The notes: generated from the letters alone by a model not told the origin. Shown: positions 8,720-18,994, numbered from the stretch's first letter. The stretch is 64,000 bases of DNA from Candidatus Eiseniibacteriota bacterium (GCA_963776245.1 CAVZLN010000006.1:512001-576000), one strand, 5' to 3'. Numbers and translations: made by a program.

Positions 8720-10584
8720 CGCTCCCCGAGGAGGAGACCAGCGGTCGCGCGTACGACCACCGCCTGATGCGGCGGCTGCTCGGCTACCTGCGTCCCTACC
8801 GCCGGCAGGTGGCGTGGGCCACCGTGGTCGTGATCTTCGATTCCCTGGTGCAGCTGATCGGCCCATGGCTCACCAAGGAGGCCATCGACCACGGCATCCG
8901 GCATCGCGACCTCGGCTATCTCGACCGGATCGCGGTCCTCTACCTGGCGGTGCTGGCCGTGGGCTTCGGGCTCGGCTACCTGCACCAGCAGATCATGCAG
9001 CGCGTCGGGCAGCGGCTGATGATGGACCTGCGCACCGATCTCTTCCGCCATCTGCAGCGCCTGCCGATCGAGCACTACGACCGGAATCCGATCGGCCGCA
9101 TGATGACGCGCATCACCAACGACGTGGACACGCTCAACGAGCTGGTGACCGGCGGCATCGTCGCGATCTTCGGCGACCTGTTCCTGCTGACGGGCATCGT
9201 CATCGCGATGGTGCGCCTCAATGCCGAGCTGCTGGGCGTGACGTTCTCGGTGCTGCCGCTGATCGCGATCGGCAGCCTGTCGTTCCGCACCCTGGTGCGG
9301 AGGTCCTTCCGGGACATCCGCAACCGGCTCTCGCGGCTCAACGTGTTCCTCAACGAGAACCTGACCGGCATGAGCACGGTCCAGCTCATGAACCGCGAAC
9401 GGCGCAGCTTCGAGGACTTCCGAGCGCTCAACGCCGCGCATCGCGACGCCAATCTCAAGGCGGTCTTCTACCACGCCATGTTCTTCCCGCTGCTCGACCT
9501 GGTCGGCGCGATCGCGATCTCGCTGATCGTGTGGTACGGCGGCCGCCAGGTGATGTGGCAGGGCATCACGCTCGGCATCCTGGTGGCCTTCATCCAGTAC
9601 ACCCAGCGGTTCTTCCGCCCGATCTCGGACCTGAGCGAGAAGTACAACATCCTCCAGCAGGCGATGGCCTCGGCGGAACGCATCTTCCACCTCCTCGACA
9701 CGCCCGCCGATCCCGCGCTCGGGCCCGGCGGCCGCGTCGGCGCGCTCGCGCCGGTGGCGCGCGCCGACCTCCGCGGGCGCGTCGAGTTCGACCGCGTGGG
9801 GTTCGCGTACGACGGCGAGCACTTCGTGCTCGAGGACGTGTCGTTCACGATCGCGCCGGGCGAGAAGGTCGCCCTGGTCGGCGCCACCGGCTCGGGCAAG
9901 ACCACGCTCGCGAGCCTGCTGATGCGCTTCTACTCGCCGCAGCGCGGCACCATCCGCGTCGATGGCCGACCGCTCGAGGAGTGGGACGCGCGCGCGCTGC
10001 GCGCCGCCATCGGACTGGTGCTCCAGGACGTCTTCCTGTTCTCGGGCACCATCGAGAGCAACCTGCGCCTCGGCGACGGCACGCTGGCGCCCGAGGCCAT
10101 CGATCGCGCGGCGCGCGAGACGCACGCCCACGAGTTCATCGCGGCGCTCCCCGGCGGGTACGCCGCCGAGGTGCGCGAACGCGGCGCCACGCTGTCGGGC
10201 GGCCAGCGCCAGCTGCTGGCGTTCGCGCGCGCGCTGGCGCGCGACCCGCGCATGCTGGTGCTCGACGAGGCCACCTCCTCGGTGGACACGCACACCGAGT
10301 CGCTGATCCAGGACGCGCTGCGTCACCTGATGCGCGGGCGCACCAGCCTGATCATCGCGCACCGCCTCTCCACCATCCAGGACGTGGACCGGATCGTGGT
10401 GCTCCATCGCGGCCGGGTGCGCGAGCAGGGCACCCACGCCGAGTTGCTGGAGCAGCGTGGCATCTACGCCCGGCTCTACACGCTCGAGGTGATGGGCGCG
10501 CGCAGGCGCCGCGCCCCGGCGCGCGCGGGCGACTGGACCACCGACGCGCTCCCGGCCGTGGACTCGGGACTCAATCTCGCGTAG
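8716..10584 (+). CDS. ABC exporter, TMD+NBD half-transporter (consensus site); heterodimer partner of upstream gene
   Basis: GATGSGKTT, LSGGQRQ, LVLDEATSSVD, IAHRLSTI; GTG start overlaps the upstream TGA. Confidence 0.93.
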   Translation: MTLPEEETSGRAYDHRLMRRLLGYLRPYRRQVAWATVVVIFDSLVQLIGPWLTKEAIDHGIRHRDLGYLDRIAVLYLAVLAVGFGLGYLHQQIMQRVGQRLMMDLRTDLFRHLQRLPIEHYDRNPIGRMMTRITNDVDTLNELVTGGIVAIFGDLFLLTGIVIAMVRLNAELLGVTFSVLPLIAIGSLSFRTLVRRSFRDIRNRLSRLNVFLNENLTGMSTVQLMNRERRSFEDFRALNAAHRDANLKAVFYHAMFFPLLDLVGAIAISLIVWYGGRQVMWQGITLGILVAFIQYTQRFFRPISDLSEKYNILQQAMASAERIFHLLDTPADPALGPGGRVGALAPVARADLRGRVEFDRVGFAYDGEHFVLEDVSFTIAPGEKVALVGATGSGKTTLASLLMRFYSPQRGTIRVDGRPLEEWDARALRAAIGLVLQDVFLFSGTIESNLRLGDGTLAPEAIDRAARETHAHEFIAALPGGYAAEVRERGATLSGGQRQLLAFARALARDPRMLVLDEATSSVDTHTESLIQDALRHLMRGRTSLIIAHRLSTIQDVDRIVVLHRGRVREQGTHAELLEQRGIYARLYTLEVMGARRRRAPARAGDWTTDALPAVDSGLNLA

Positions 10585-10768
10585 CGCATCGGGCGCGCGT
10601 TCGCGCTCCCCGCGCCGGTTCCGAGGGGTCTCGCACGAGGTTGCCCGCGGGCCCGCACCGCGGGCCCGGCCGCGGCGCAGGTTGTCCTTGCGCCGCCCTT
10701 CCATCGCGACCTATCGTCCGGCGCATCCGGTACGGAGGCCGGCTCCATCTCGCTGGAGGGACCCCACC

Positions 10769-11170
10769 ATGATGCGCCTCTTCTTCGTCGTCCTCGTCGC
10801 GTTCGCCGCGTGGTACGGATACAAGCACTGGCCGGAGCTCATGAACCGCACGCCCGGCCACGAGGCGGTGATCGTCAACAACTGCGGCCAGACACTCGCC
10901 CGAGTGCGCCTGAAGGTCGACGGTCAGACCATGGTGAAGGAACAGCTCGCGGACGGCGAGAAGGCCACCTTCACGTTCAAGGTCGCGAATGACGCGACCT
11001 TCGATCTCACGTACGAGTTCGCGCACGCGATGGGGGTGCGCCACTGGACCGGGGGCATGGTCCCCAAGGGCCCGCTGACCCAGCGGCACTTCATCCAGAT
11101 CGACGGCGACGGCCAGGTGGTCTACGAGGCGAGGTCCAAGGGCGTCGGAGCCCCGGGCCCCACGCCCTAG
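10769..11170 (+). CDS. Hypothetical membrane-anchored protein
   Basis: GGAGG RBS, N-terminal hydrophobic helix, beta-rich body, typical codon usage. Confidence 0.7.
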   Translation: MMRLFFVVLVAFAAWYGYKHWPELMNRTPGHEAVIVNNCGQTLARVRLKVDGQTMVKEQLADGEKATFTFKVANDATFDLTYEFAHAMGVRHWTGGMVPKGPLTQRHFIQIDGDGQVVYEARSKGVGAPGPTP

Positions 11171-11215
11171 CCGGCCGGGCCTCCCGCGCGCGGCATCGGG
11201 CGCCGCGGGGGCGCT

Positions 11216-11698
11216 CTAGTCGACCTGGTCGAGGTAGAGCTGCTGATCGTCCGTCGAATACCCGATCAGCTCCGAGTACCTTCCCCAGTCGATCACCGTC
11301 TTCAGCAGCGCCTCGGCATTCTCCGCCGGCAGGTGCAGCGCGATGATCTCGAGGAACGCGTCCTCGTCGGCGCGGTGGTCGTCGGCCCGCACCAGGGCCT
11401 CGACGACGGCGCGGAACAGCGGCAGCTTCTTGATCTGCTCCTTGAGGAGCAGCTTGCGCGGGTTCACCTTCGCGCGCAGGAGCGCGCTGCCGGTGCCGGT
11501 GAGCACCACGTCGGCGCCCGGGGTGACCACCAGGTCGAGCATCTCGGCCGCCTTGATGACCTGCAGGATCTCGCCGAACTCGTAGTGGATGTCACGCGCG
11601 AGCCGGAACACGTCGTAGCGGCCCCCGGCGTCGTCGAGCACCTCGAGCAGGCCGATGACCTTGCTGATGGCGACGTGCGGGATCGGATCGATGGGCAT
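11216..11698 (-). CDS. Stand-alone AAA_assoc_C-like domain protein (normally C-terminal to nitrate/sulfonate ABC ATPases)
   Basis: GLLEVL..GGR.D.F.LA, AAEMLDLV, LKTVIDWGRYSELIGY signature. Confidence 0.75.
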   Translation of the reverse strand: MPIDPIPHVAISKVIGLLEVLDDAGGRYDVFRLARDIHYEFGEILQVIKAAEMLDLVVTPGADVVLTGTGSALLRAKVNPRKLLLKEQIKKLPLFRAVVEALVRADDHRADEDAFLEIIALHLPAENAEALLKTVIDWGRYSELIGYSTDDQQLYLDQVD

Positions 11699-11713
11699 GG
11701 GGAGGCCTCGCCG

Positions 11714-13459
11714 TCAGGCGACGGCGCCGGCGCGCTGCACCGCGGCCTCGGAGGCGAATCCCTGGCGCTTGATCTTGCCGGTGGTGGTCTTCGGGAACTC
11801 CTGCCGTCGCACGATCACGCGCTTGACCCGCTTGTACGGCGCGAGGAAATGGCAGCGCTGGTCCACCTCGCGCCGCAGCGTCTCCTCGACGAAGGCGTCG
11901 TCGAACGCGCGTCCGGCCTCCCGGGCATGGTCCTCGAGCGCCGGCAGGTTCGGGTAGATGTGGGCGTGGACCTCCTCGCGCTCGCCGCGCGCGTCCCGGC
12001 CGCCCGCCACCACCACCTCGAGCACGTACGGGCTGTTCGCCAGGTGGACCTCGATCTCCTCGGGGTAGATCTTCTTGCCGGCGGCGGTCGCGATCATGTT
12101 CTTGAGCCGGCCGGTGATCTTGACGCGGCCCTCGCGCGTGAAGTGCCCGAGGTCGCCGGTGTGGAACCAGCCGTCGCGGAGCACCTCGGCGGTCCCCACG
12201 GGATTGCCGAAGTAGCCCAGCATCACGTTCGGGCCGCGCACCACGATCTCGCCGTTGCCCTCGTCGTCGGGCGCCTCGATGCGCACTTCGACGCCCGGCA
12301 CCGGCGCGCCCACGGTGCCCGGGTCCGGCCGCGGCGGACGGTTGGCGCAGGCCACCGGCGAGGTCTCGGTGAGACCGTAGCCCTCGAGCATGATCCAGCC
12401 GAGGTCGATGTACCCCCAGAACACGTCGGGGGCCAGCGGCGCGGCGCCGGTGATGAACATGCGCAGCGCCCCGAGCCCCGCCGCCTCGCGGACCGGCCGC
12501 ATGAGCGCGCGCCCGATCCGGCGCCCGAACAGCATGCGCGCGAGCCGCACCGTCCACAGCAGCGACTGCGCCACCAGCCGGCGCGGCACCGGCGCATCGC
12601 CGATGCCGCGGTGGATGGCGGTGAGCAGCTTCTCGTAGAGCAGCGGCACGCCGATGAACAGGGTGGCCTTCGAGGAGGTCATGTCCTCGCGCAGCTCGCG
12701 CGAGTTGAGACCGCGCGCGAACGCCACGCTGGCGCCGATGCGCATCGCGCACAGCTCGCCGGTGGACTCGAAGGTGTGATGCAGCGGGAGCACCGAGAGG
12801 AAGCGGTCGCCGGGACCGAACTCGAAGGTCCGGGCCACGGTCTCGACGTTGTGGAGCAGGTTGGAGTGCGACAGCATCACGCCCTTGGCCTGGCCGGTGG
12901 TCCCCGAGGTGAACAGGAGCACGGCGAGGTCGTGGGGGCCGGCCGCGAGCGTGCGCGGCGGCGCGTCCGGGAAGCATCGCTGGGCCTCGTCCCAGGTGGG
13001 CAGCCCCTCGGCCGCATCGAGCGAGATCAGCCGCAGCCCGGAGATCCGCGACTCGCGCACCCCTTCGAGCACGGCCCGCTGGCGGGAGCTCACCACGCAG
13101 CACGCGGCGCCCGCGGTGGCGAGGATCTCGCCCACCTCGACCGCCTTGAGCTGGACGTCGAGCGGCACCACCACCGCGCCGGTCTCGAGGATGGCGAGGT
13201 AGGCGAGCATCCACTCGGGACGGTTCTCGCTCTGGAGCCCGACCCGGTCGCCCGGCCTCACCCCCTCGCGCTCGAGCAGCGCGGCGAAGGCGTGCTGCGC
13301 GCGGGCGGCGGCGACGAAGGTGTAGCCCTGCCACTCGCCCGAACCATACCGGAGCAGGAATGGGATCTCGCCGTACTGGCGAGCCGCGAAATCGACCAGC
13401 TGGGGAAGGAGCCGGACGACGGGCGTGGGGGCCGCTGAGGACACCGGACTGGAAATCAC
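11714..13459 (-). CDS. Long-chain fatty acid--CoA ligase (AMP-binding)
   Basis: FTSGTTGQAKG, EGYGLTETSP, WFHTGDLG, PKTTTGKIKR. Confidence 0.92.
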   Translation of the reverse strand: MISSPVSSAAPTPVVRLLPQLVDFAARQYGEIPFLLRYGSGEWQGYTFVAAARAQHAFAALLEREGVRPGDRVGLQSENRPEWMLAYLAILETGAVVVPLDVQLKAVEVGEILATAGAACCVVSSRQRAVLEGVRESRISGLRLISLDAAEGLPTWDEAQRCFPDAPPRTLAAGPHDLAVLLFTSGTTGQAKGVMLSHSNLLHNVETVARTFEFGPGDRFLSVLPLHHTFESTGELCAMRIGASVAFARGLNSRELREDMTSSKATLFIGVPLLYEKLLTAIHRGIGDAPVPRRLVAQSLLWTVRLARMLFGRRIGRALMRPVREAAGLGALRMFITGAAPLAPDVFWGYIDLGWIMLEGYGLTETSPVACANRPPRPDPGTVGAPVPGVEVRIEAPDDEGNGEIVVRGPNVMLGYFGNPVGTAEVLRDGWFHTGDLGHFTREGRVKITGRLKNMIATAAGKKIYPEEIEVHLANSPYVLEVVVAGGRDARGEREEVHAHIYPNLPALEDHAREAGRAFDDAFVEETLRREVDQRCHFLAPYKRVKRVIVRRQEFPKTTTGKIKRQGFASEAAVQRAGAVA

Positions 13460-13466
13460 GCGGAAG

Positions 13467-13495
13467 ACACTACAGCCCTGTCAAATGCTGGTCAA
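13467..13495 (-). promoter_or_regulatory. Putative sigma70 promoter giving a leaderless acyl-CoA ligase mRNA
   Basis: TTGACC-N17-TAGTGT, 7 nt before the GTG start; no Shine-Dalgarno. Confidence 0.55.
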
Positions 13496-13511
13496 GAACC
13501 GCCATGCCCGC

Positions 13512-14777
13512 TCATCCGCGGCTCCATTCGAGCACGTGCTCGCCGGGGACGGCGCGCATCTCGACCTCGCCCCGGTCCACGCTCACCTCGGCGCCCCCGG
13601 CGCCGCCCGCCACCGTCGCGCCGGTCACCCCCGCGGGGGCGGTGAAGCGCAGCGGCTCGCGCGGCTCGCCGTGATGGCGCACCAGCGCGCCGCGCCGCGC
13701 GAGGGCACGCACCGACCACCCGCGCGTCTGCAGATCGCGTACCTCGAGATCGGTCAGGAAGCGCGCGCCCGCGGCGCACAGCGCGGCCAGCAGGTCGCGG
13801 AGGGCGGCGCGCCCGCCCTCGGACCAGCGCGGATCGAGGTGCGCGTAGTTCACGCGGTGGGTGCTCACGACCGCCGGCCGGCCGGCGCTCCACGCGGCGC
13901 GCACCTTGCGCGCCGCGGCGGCCGGGCCGACGCGGTCCCGCGGCTGATCGGGGCCACACGGCTCGAAGGCGATCCGCGCCGGCATGCAGAACAGCCCGCC
14001 CGCCCGCGCGGGCCACCGGAGGTTCCGCATCAGCCGGCGCGCCGCCGGCAGCGTCGCGCCCGCCTGCTCGGCCCTGCCCTGCAGGACGAGGATGCCGTGC
14101 CGGGGCGCCTCCTCTTCGAGCCACGCATCCCAGCGATAGTCGGGCGGGCAGAGCGAGGACGGCCCGCGTCCGAACAGGGCGCGGAAGCGCGCGACCGCGG
14201 CCGCCAGCCGCCGGCCGCGGTCCGCGATCGGCTCGCGCGGATCGTACTCGCCCGCGGCCTCGACCGCCTCGCACACCACCACCTGCTGCTCGTGCGCGCG
14301 GCACGCGTCGGCTGCGCCGCGGCGCAGCGCTGCCAGCCACGCGGTCTCGGGCAGGTGATGCAGGCCATGCAGCTCGGGCCACCATGCCCCGGACTCGAGC
14401 GCGGCCGCGACCTCGCCCCACAGCCCGGGGCGGTTCCAGCGCCCGGGCGTGGACGGAAGATCCAGCAGGGGCAGCACCGGCACGTCGAACCGCGGCGGCC
14501 CCATCGCCGCGAAGTCGGGCGCGGCCATCACGGTATTGGCCTGCCACACCGGGGGGTGCCCATCGCCACCGCGGAACTCGAGCAGGGTCTCGACCAGCCG
14601 GCGCACGTCGGCCGCGCTCTCGAGCGTGGAGGCGCCGTAGCGCCGGCCCGGGGCGCTGCGATACGCCGGGCAATCGGCGAGCGCCCGTGCCGCCTGCTCG
14701 TCGGCGGACCAGGCGCACAGCCCCCAGTCATCGCTCTCGAGCACCACCGCTTGGAGTCGGCGCCAATCCAGGTTCAC
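13512..14777 (-). CDS. Polysaccharide deacetylase-like (CE4-like barrel) protein
   Basis: VVLESDDWG, ELHGLHH, LCPPDYRW, STHRVNY motifs; GTG start at 14777. Confidence 0.6.
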   Translation of the reverse strand: MNLDWRRLQAVVLESDDWGLCAWSADEQAARALADCPAYRSAPGRRYGASTLESAADVRRLVETLLEFRGGDGHPPVWQANTVMAAPDFAAMGPPRFDVPVLPLLDLPSTPGRWNRPGLWGEVAAALESGAWWPELHGLHHLPETAWLAALRRGAADACRAHEQQVVVCEAVEAAGEYDPREPIADRGRRLAAAVARFRALFGRGPSSLCPPDYRWDAWLEEEAPRHGILVLQGRAEQAGATLPAARRLMRNLRWPARAGGLFCMPARIAFEPCGPDQPRDRVGPAAAARKVRAAWSAGRPAVVSTHRVNYAHLDPRWSEGGRAALRDLLAALCAAGARFLTDLEVRDLQTRGWSVRALARRGALVRHHGEPREPLRFTAPAGVTGATVAGGAGGAEVSVDRGEVEMRAVPGEHVLEWSRG

Positions 14778-14870
14778 GCGTGGGCCTCGGGACGGTCGTT
14801 CGGGCCGCGCGACTATAGCACGCGTGCGTCCGGGCTTGACCCCCGCGCGCGGAGCGTGGCACCGTGCGGC

Positions 14871-16352
14871 GTGGCGCTTTCCCCTCCTCTTCCGCGCGCG
14901 GGCCCATGGCTTCGAGGCACGCTCCTCGTCGTCGCGCTGTTCTGGATCGCCGACCTCGGGCTGTTGCGCGCCGGCACCCCCTACCCGCTCGATGACACCT
15001 GGGAGTACGGCGTCGCGGCACGCCACGTGATGACGGGCGCGCCCTGGCGCACCAACGTGATCCATCCGCCGCTGTGGTCGCTGCGCGATCCCGTCACGGG
15101 CACCGTGCCGGTGCTGGTGCACGGCCCGCTGGTGCCGCTCCTGATGGTGCCGGTGCTCGCGGCGTGCGGTCCCGCGGCCCTCGATCAGACGGCCTGGATG
15201 TCCGCGCTGTTCGCGTGGCTCGCGGCCCTCTTCATCTTCCGCCTCGGCGCGCGCCGGATCTCGACGCCGGTGGGCGCGGCGGCGGCACTGCTGTGGACCT
15301 GCTCGCCCCTCACGCTGCGCGCCGTGCATCACGACGTCACGCTCACCGCGGGGGCGGCGCTGCTCGCGCTCGCGCTCGACCTGCTGGAGCGCGATCGTCC
15401 GCGCGCGCTCGCTGCCGGGCTCGCGCTCGGCGCCGGGGCGCTGGCCCGGCCCGAGTTCCTCCTCGCGCTGGTGCTGGTGCTGCCGCTCGCCCGGCGCGGC
15501 GCGTGGCGCGTGACGCTGGCCGCGGCGCTGGCGGTGTGGGCCCCGTGGGGATGGCACACCTGGCGCGCGGCCGGCTCGCCCCTGTACAACCTGTCCTCGT
15601 ACCTCCTCATCGGCTACACCGAATCGCGCTGGGCCCATTCGGTGCTGCGCGACTTCACGATGCCGCCGGCGGTGTGGCCGCGGACGCTGCTCGAGGCGCT
15701 GCCCACGCTGCCCGACAAGTGGGCGCACACCTTCCTCCCGGCGGTGAAGGCCGGTTCGCTGGCGCCCACCGGGGGCACCGGATGGCTGGTGTTGCCGGGA
15801 CTCGGCATGGCGCTCGCCGCGCCCGCCCTGAGACGGCTGGCGGCGGTGGCGGCGGCACTCGCGATGGTGCCGGTCGCCATCCTGACGCTGGCGGTCCCCG
15901 ACTCGCGCTACCTGGTGCCGTTCCTGCCGCTGTGGGCGCTGGCCGCCGCATGGGGCGCGGCGAGCGCCGCACGGCTGCTGCCGGTGTGGGCGCGCCGTCC
16001 GCGCGCGTGGATGGGGCTGCTGCTGTTGCTCGTGCTGCCCTCGCTGGGGCCCGCGATGCGCACCGCGGCGGTCGAGTCGCATGCGCTGCAGACGGAGCTC
16101 GCGCGCGCGCGCGCCCTGCTCGAACCGCTCCGGGCCATCCACGGGGTGCCCGGTGAACCCATCGCACCGCTGTTCACCGACCGGCCCGATCTCGCCGCGT
16201 GGACCACCGGGCGGAGCGCGGTCTGGCTCACGCGCGCGGAGTACGAGCGGCTGCCCCGGGTCGCGGCCACGGAAGCCGGCGCTCCCCGCCGGGCCTCGCC
16301 CGCGATCCCGTCGCGCGAGGACGGCGTGCCGATCTGGTTCGGCGAGGACTGA
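14871..16352 (+). CDS. Polytopic membrane glycosyltransferase (GT-C/ArnT-like)
   Basis: DDTWEY after TM1, many TM helices, LARPE, SRYLVPFLP. Confidence 0.65.
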   Translation: MALSPPLPRAGPWLRGTLLVVALFWIADLGLLRAGTPYPLDDTWEYGVAARHVMTGAPWRTNVIHPPLWSLRDPVTGTVPVLVHGPLVPLLMVPVLAACGPAALDQTAWMSALFAWLAALFIFRLGARRISTPVGAAAALLWTCSPLTLRAVHHDVTLTAGAALLALALDLLERDRPRALAAGLALGAGALARPEFLLALVLVLPLARRGAWRVTLAAALAVWAPWGWHTWRAAGSPLYNLSSYLLIGYTESRWAHSVLRDFTMPPAVWPRTLLEALPTLPDKWAHTFLPAVKAGSLAPTGGTGWLVLPGLGMALAAPALRRLAAVAAALAMVPVAILTLAVPDSRYLVPFLPLWALAAAWGAASAARLLPVWARRPRAWMGLLLLLVLPSLGPAMRTAAVESHALQTELARARALLEPLRAIHGVPGEPIAPLFTDRPDLAAWTTGRSAVWLTRAEYERLPRVAATEAGAPRRASPAIPSREDGVPIWFGED

Positions 16353-16412
16353 GCCCGCTCGCGGGCCGCGCCGCAGGACGCCTGCGGTTCCCGGCGCCGC
16401 GCCCGCGGCGGG

Positions 16413-17627
16413 CTACTCGTAGCGCAGCGCTTCCACCGGATCGAGCTGTGAGGCCCGATGCGCGGGGTACCAGCCGAAGAACAAGCCGACCATCGCCGCG
16501 AAGCCGAACGCCACGGTGACCGCGCTCGCCTCGATGACGGTGGGCCAGCTCGCCAGCTGGGTGATGAGCGTGGCCGCTCCCACCCCGAGCGCCACTCCCA
16601 GCGCGCCGCCACCGAGCGAGAGCATCGCCGACTCGACCAGGAACTGGAGCAGGATGTCGCGGCGTCGCGCGCCGATCGCCCGCCGGATGCCGATCTCGCG
16701 GGTGCGCTCGGTGACCGACACCAGCATGATGTTCATGATGCCGATGCCGCCCACCAGCAGCGACACCGCGGCGACGCTCGCCAGCAGCAGGGTCATCACC
16801 TTGCTGGTCGCCTCGGCGGTGTTCGCCACCTCGAGCTGGGTGCGCATGAAGAAGTCGAGGTCTCCGCCTGGGCGGATCTTGTGACGCTGGCGCAGCAGGT
16901 CGGTGATCTGATTGACGGCGTCGTCCACCGCCGACTCGCCGACCGCCGACAGGACGATGTTGTGCACCCAGGTGATGCCGAGGAGCTTGCGCTGCACGGT
17001 GGTGAGCGGGGCGAAGATGACGTCGTCCTGGTCGCCGTGATCGGTGCCGCCCTTGGCGGTCATGACGCCGACGACGCGGAACGGCACCTCCTGGATGCGG
17101 ATGATGGCGCCCACGGGACTGCCCTCCCCGAACAGCTGGCGCGCGGTGCTCCGGCCGAGCACGCACACCTTGGCGGCGCCCCGCACGTCGGAGTCGGTGA
17201 TGAACACCCCGCTCTCGACCGGCCACTGGCGCACGTCGCTGAACGCGGCGGTCACGCCCTGGATGCTGGTGCCCCAGTTCTGGTTCCCGTACACGACCTG
17301 CCGGTTGGTGCGCACCACCGGCGCCACCGCGGCCACCGCCGGGCACTCGCGCCCGATGGCGGCGGCATCGTCCAGCGTCAGGGTCGTGATGCCTCCCATG
17401 CCCATGTGCGCGCCACCGGCGGTGACCGTGCCCGGGATCACCATCAGGACGTTCGCCCCCATGGCGCGGATCTGCGCCTGCACCGCGGTGCGTGCGCCCT
17501 GCCCGATGGCCAGCGTGGTGATGACCGCCGCCACCCCGATGACGATGCCGAGCGTGGTGAGCACGAGACGCATCTTGTTGCGCGTGAGCGCGCTCACGCC
17601 GACGGCGAGCACCGACGCGAAGTTCAT
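16413..17627 (-). CDS. macB: MacB/FtsX-family ABC permease (no fused ATPase)
   Basis: LTTLGIVIGVAAVI, GGIGIMNIMLVSVTERTREIGIRRAIGA, YPAHRASQLDPVEALRYE. Confidence 0.9.
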   Translation of the reverse strand: MNFASVLAVGVSALTRNKMRLVLTTLGIVIGVAAVITTLAIGQGARTAVQAQIRAMGANVLMVIPGTVTAGGAHMGMGGITTLTLDDAAAIGRECPAVAAVAPVVRTNRQVVYGNQNWGTSIQGVTAAFSDVRQWPVESGVFITDSDVRGAAKVCVLGRSTARQLFGEGSPVGAIIRIQEVPFRVVGVMTAKGGTDHGDQDDVIFAPLTTVQRKLLGITWVHNIVLSAVGESAVDDAVNQITDLLRQRHKIRPGGDLDFFMRTQLEVANTAEATSKVMTLLLASVAAVSLLVGGIGIMNIMLVSVTERTREIGIRRAIGARRRDILLQFLVESAMLSLGGGALGVALGVGAATLITQLASWPTVIEASAVTVAFGFAAMVGLFFGWYPAHRASQLDPVEALRYE

Positions 17628-18994
17628 CGCCGGCCTCCTCCGCCCATCATCGGACCTCCCATGCCGGGAGGCGGCCGCAGGTTGCCACGCGCGGTCACGT
17701 CGAGGCCGACGATCACGGTGCCGCCCGGCTGGAGCGCGTCGGCCCTCACCTCGGTGTACGCGCCGTCGGTGATGCCGGTGAGCACCTCGACCGGCACGGG
17801 CTTGCCGCCGCGCAGCACGTACACGGTGCCGGGCTTGAAGGCCGGGGGCTCGGTCGCCCCGCCGGCCGGCGTCGCCTCGCCGCGCATCCCGCGCATCCCG
17901 CCGCCCGCGCCGCGCGCGCGCCCTCCGGGCATCGCGCCACCCATGCCGTGCGTGGGCGCGCCTTCCCGCGGCCCCGCCACCGCCACGCCCCCGTCGGACC
18001 CGCCAGGGCCCGCGCGACCACTTCCATCCCGACCGCCGCGCTCGCCCGCGCCCCGGCCGCTCGTCCCGCGCTTCGGGTCCACCGGGGGCTTGAATCGCAG
18101 CGCCGCGTTGGGGACCCGGATCACGTCGTCCCGCCTCGCCACCCGCACGGTGACGTTCGCCGTCATCCCGGGCCGCAGCCGGAGGTCGGGATTGCGGGTC
18201 TGGATGACGGTGGTGTAGGTGACCACGTTCTGCTCGACGATGGGCTCGAGGCGCACCTGCTGGACCTCGCCCCGGAAGGTGACATCGGGGAACGCGTCCA
18301 CGGTGAAGGTGGCCGGCAGCCCGGGCCGGATCACGCCGATGTCGGATTCGTCGATACGGGTCTCGATCTGCATCGCGTGCAGGTCGTTCGCGATCACGAA
18401 CAGCTTGGGTGCCGTCAGGCTGGCCGCGACCGTCTGTCCGCGGTCGATGGAGCGCGAGATGACCACGCCGTCGACCGGGGCGCGGATGGTGGTGTTCGCG
18501 AGATCCACGCGCGCGACCTCGAGCTGCGCCCGCGCCTGCTTCACGTCGGCCTCCCGCTGGCGCACCTGCACCTCGGCGGCCTCGACGTCGGCCTGCGAGA
18601 CGTAGTTCTCGGAGATCAGCTCCTTCGCGCGCCGGAACTGGCGCTGGCCGTCGAGCAGCGCCGCCTCCGCCCGCGCCACCGCGGCCTCGGCCTGGAGCTG
18701 GCGGGCACGGAACGACGACGACTCGATCTGGAGCAGCACCTGGCCCTTGCGCACCTGCGAGTTGTAGTCGGCGAACAGCTCCGCGACCGTGCCGCTCACC
18801 TGGCTGCCGATCTCCACCTGCACCACCGGGCGCACCGTGCCGGTGGCCGAGACCTGGGACTCGATGGAGCCGCGCTCGACCGCCGCGGTGCGGAAGCGCG
18901 GGGCCTCGGGGGCGCGGCTGCGGAGCCACCCGACGAAGGCCAGCGCCGCCACCACGAGTGCGATGGCCAGGATGATCGTGCGAGATCGGTTCAC
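17624..18994 (-). CDS. macA: MacA-like periplasmic adaptor
   Basis: SATGTVRPVVQVEIGSQVSG, IRAPVDGVVI, LRPGMTANV; Gly/Met-rich insert. Confidence 0.9.
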   Translation of the reverse strand: MNRSRTIILAIALVVAALAFVGWLRSRAPEAPRFRTAAVERGSIESQVSATGTVRPVVQVEIGSQVSGTVAELFADYNSQVRKGQVLLQIESSSFRARQLQAEAAVARAEAALLDGQRQFRRAKELISENYVSQADVEAAEVQVRQREADVKQARAQLEVARVDLANTTIRAPVDGVVISRSIDRGQTVAASLTAPKLFVIANDLHAMQIETRIDESDIGVIRPGLPATFTVDAFPDVTFRGEVQQVRLEPIVEQNVVTYTTVIQTRNPDLRLRPGMTANVTVRVARRDDVIRVPNAALRFKPPVDPKRGTSGRGAGERGGRDGSGRAGPGGSDGGVAVAGPREGAPTHGMGGAMPGGRARGAGGGMRGMRGEATPAGGATEPPAFKPGTVYVLRGGKPVPVEVLTGITDGAYTEVRADALQPGGTVIVGLDVTARGNLRPPPGMGGPMMGGGGRR

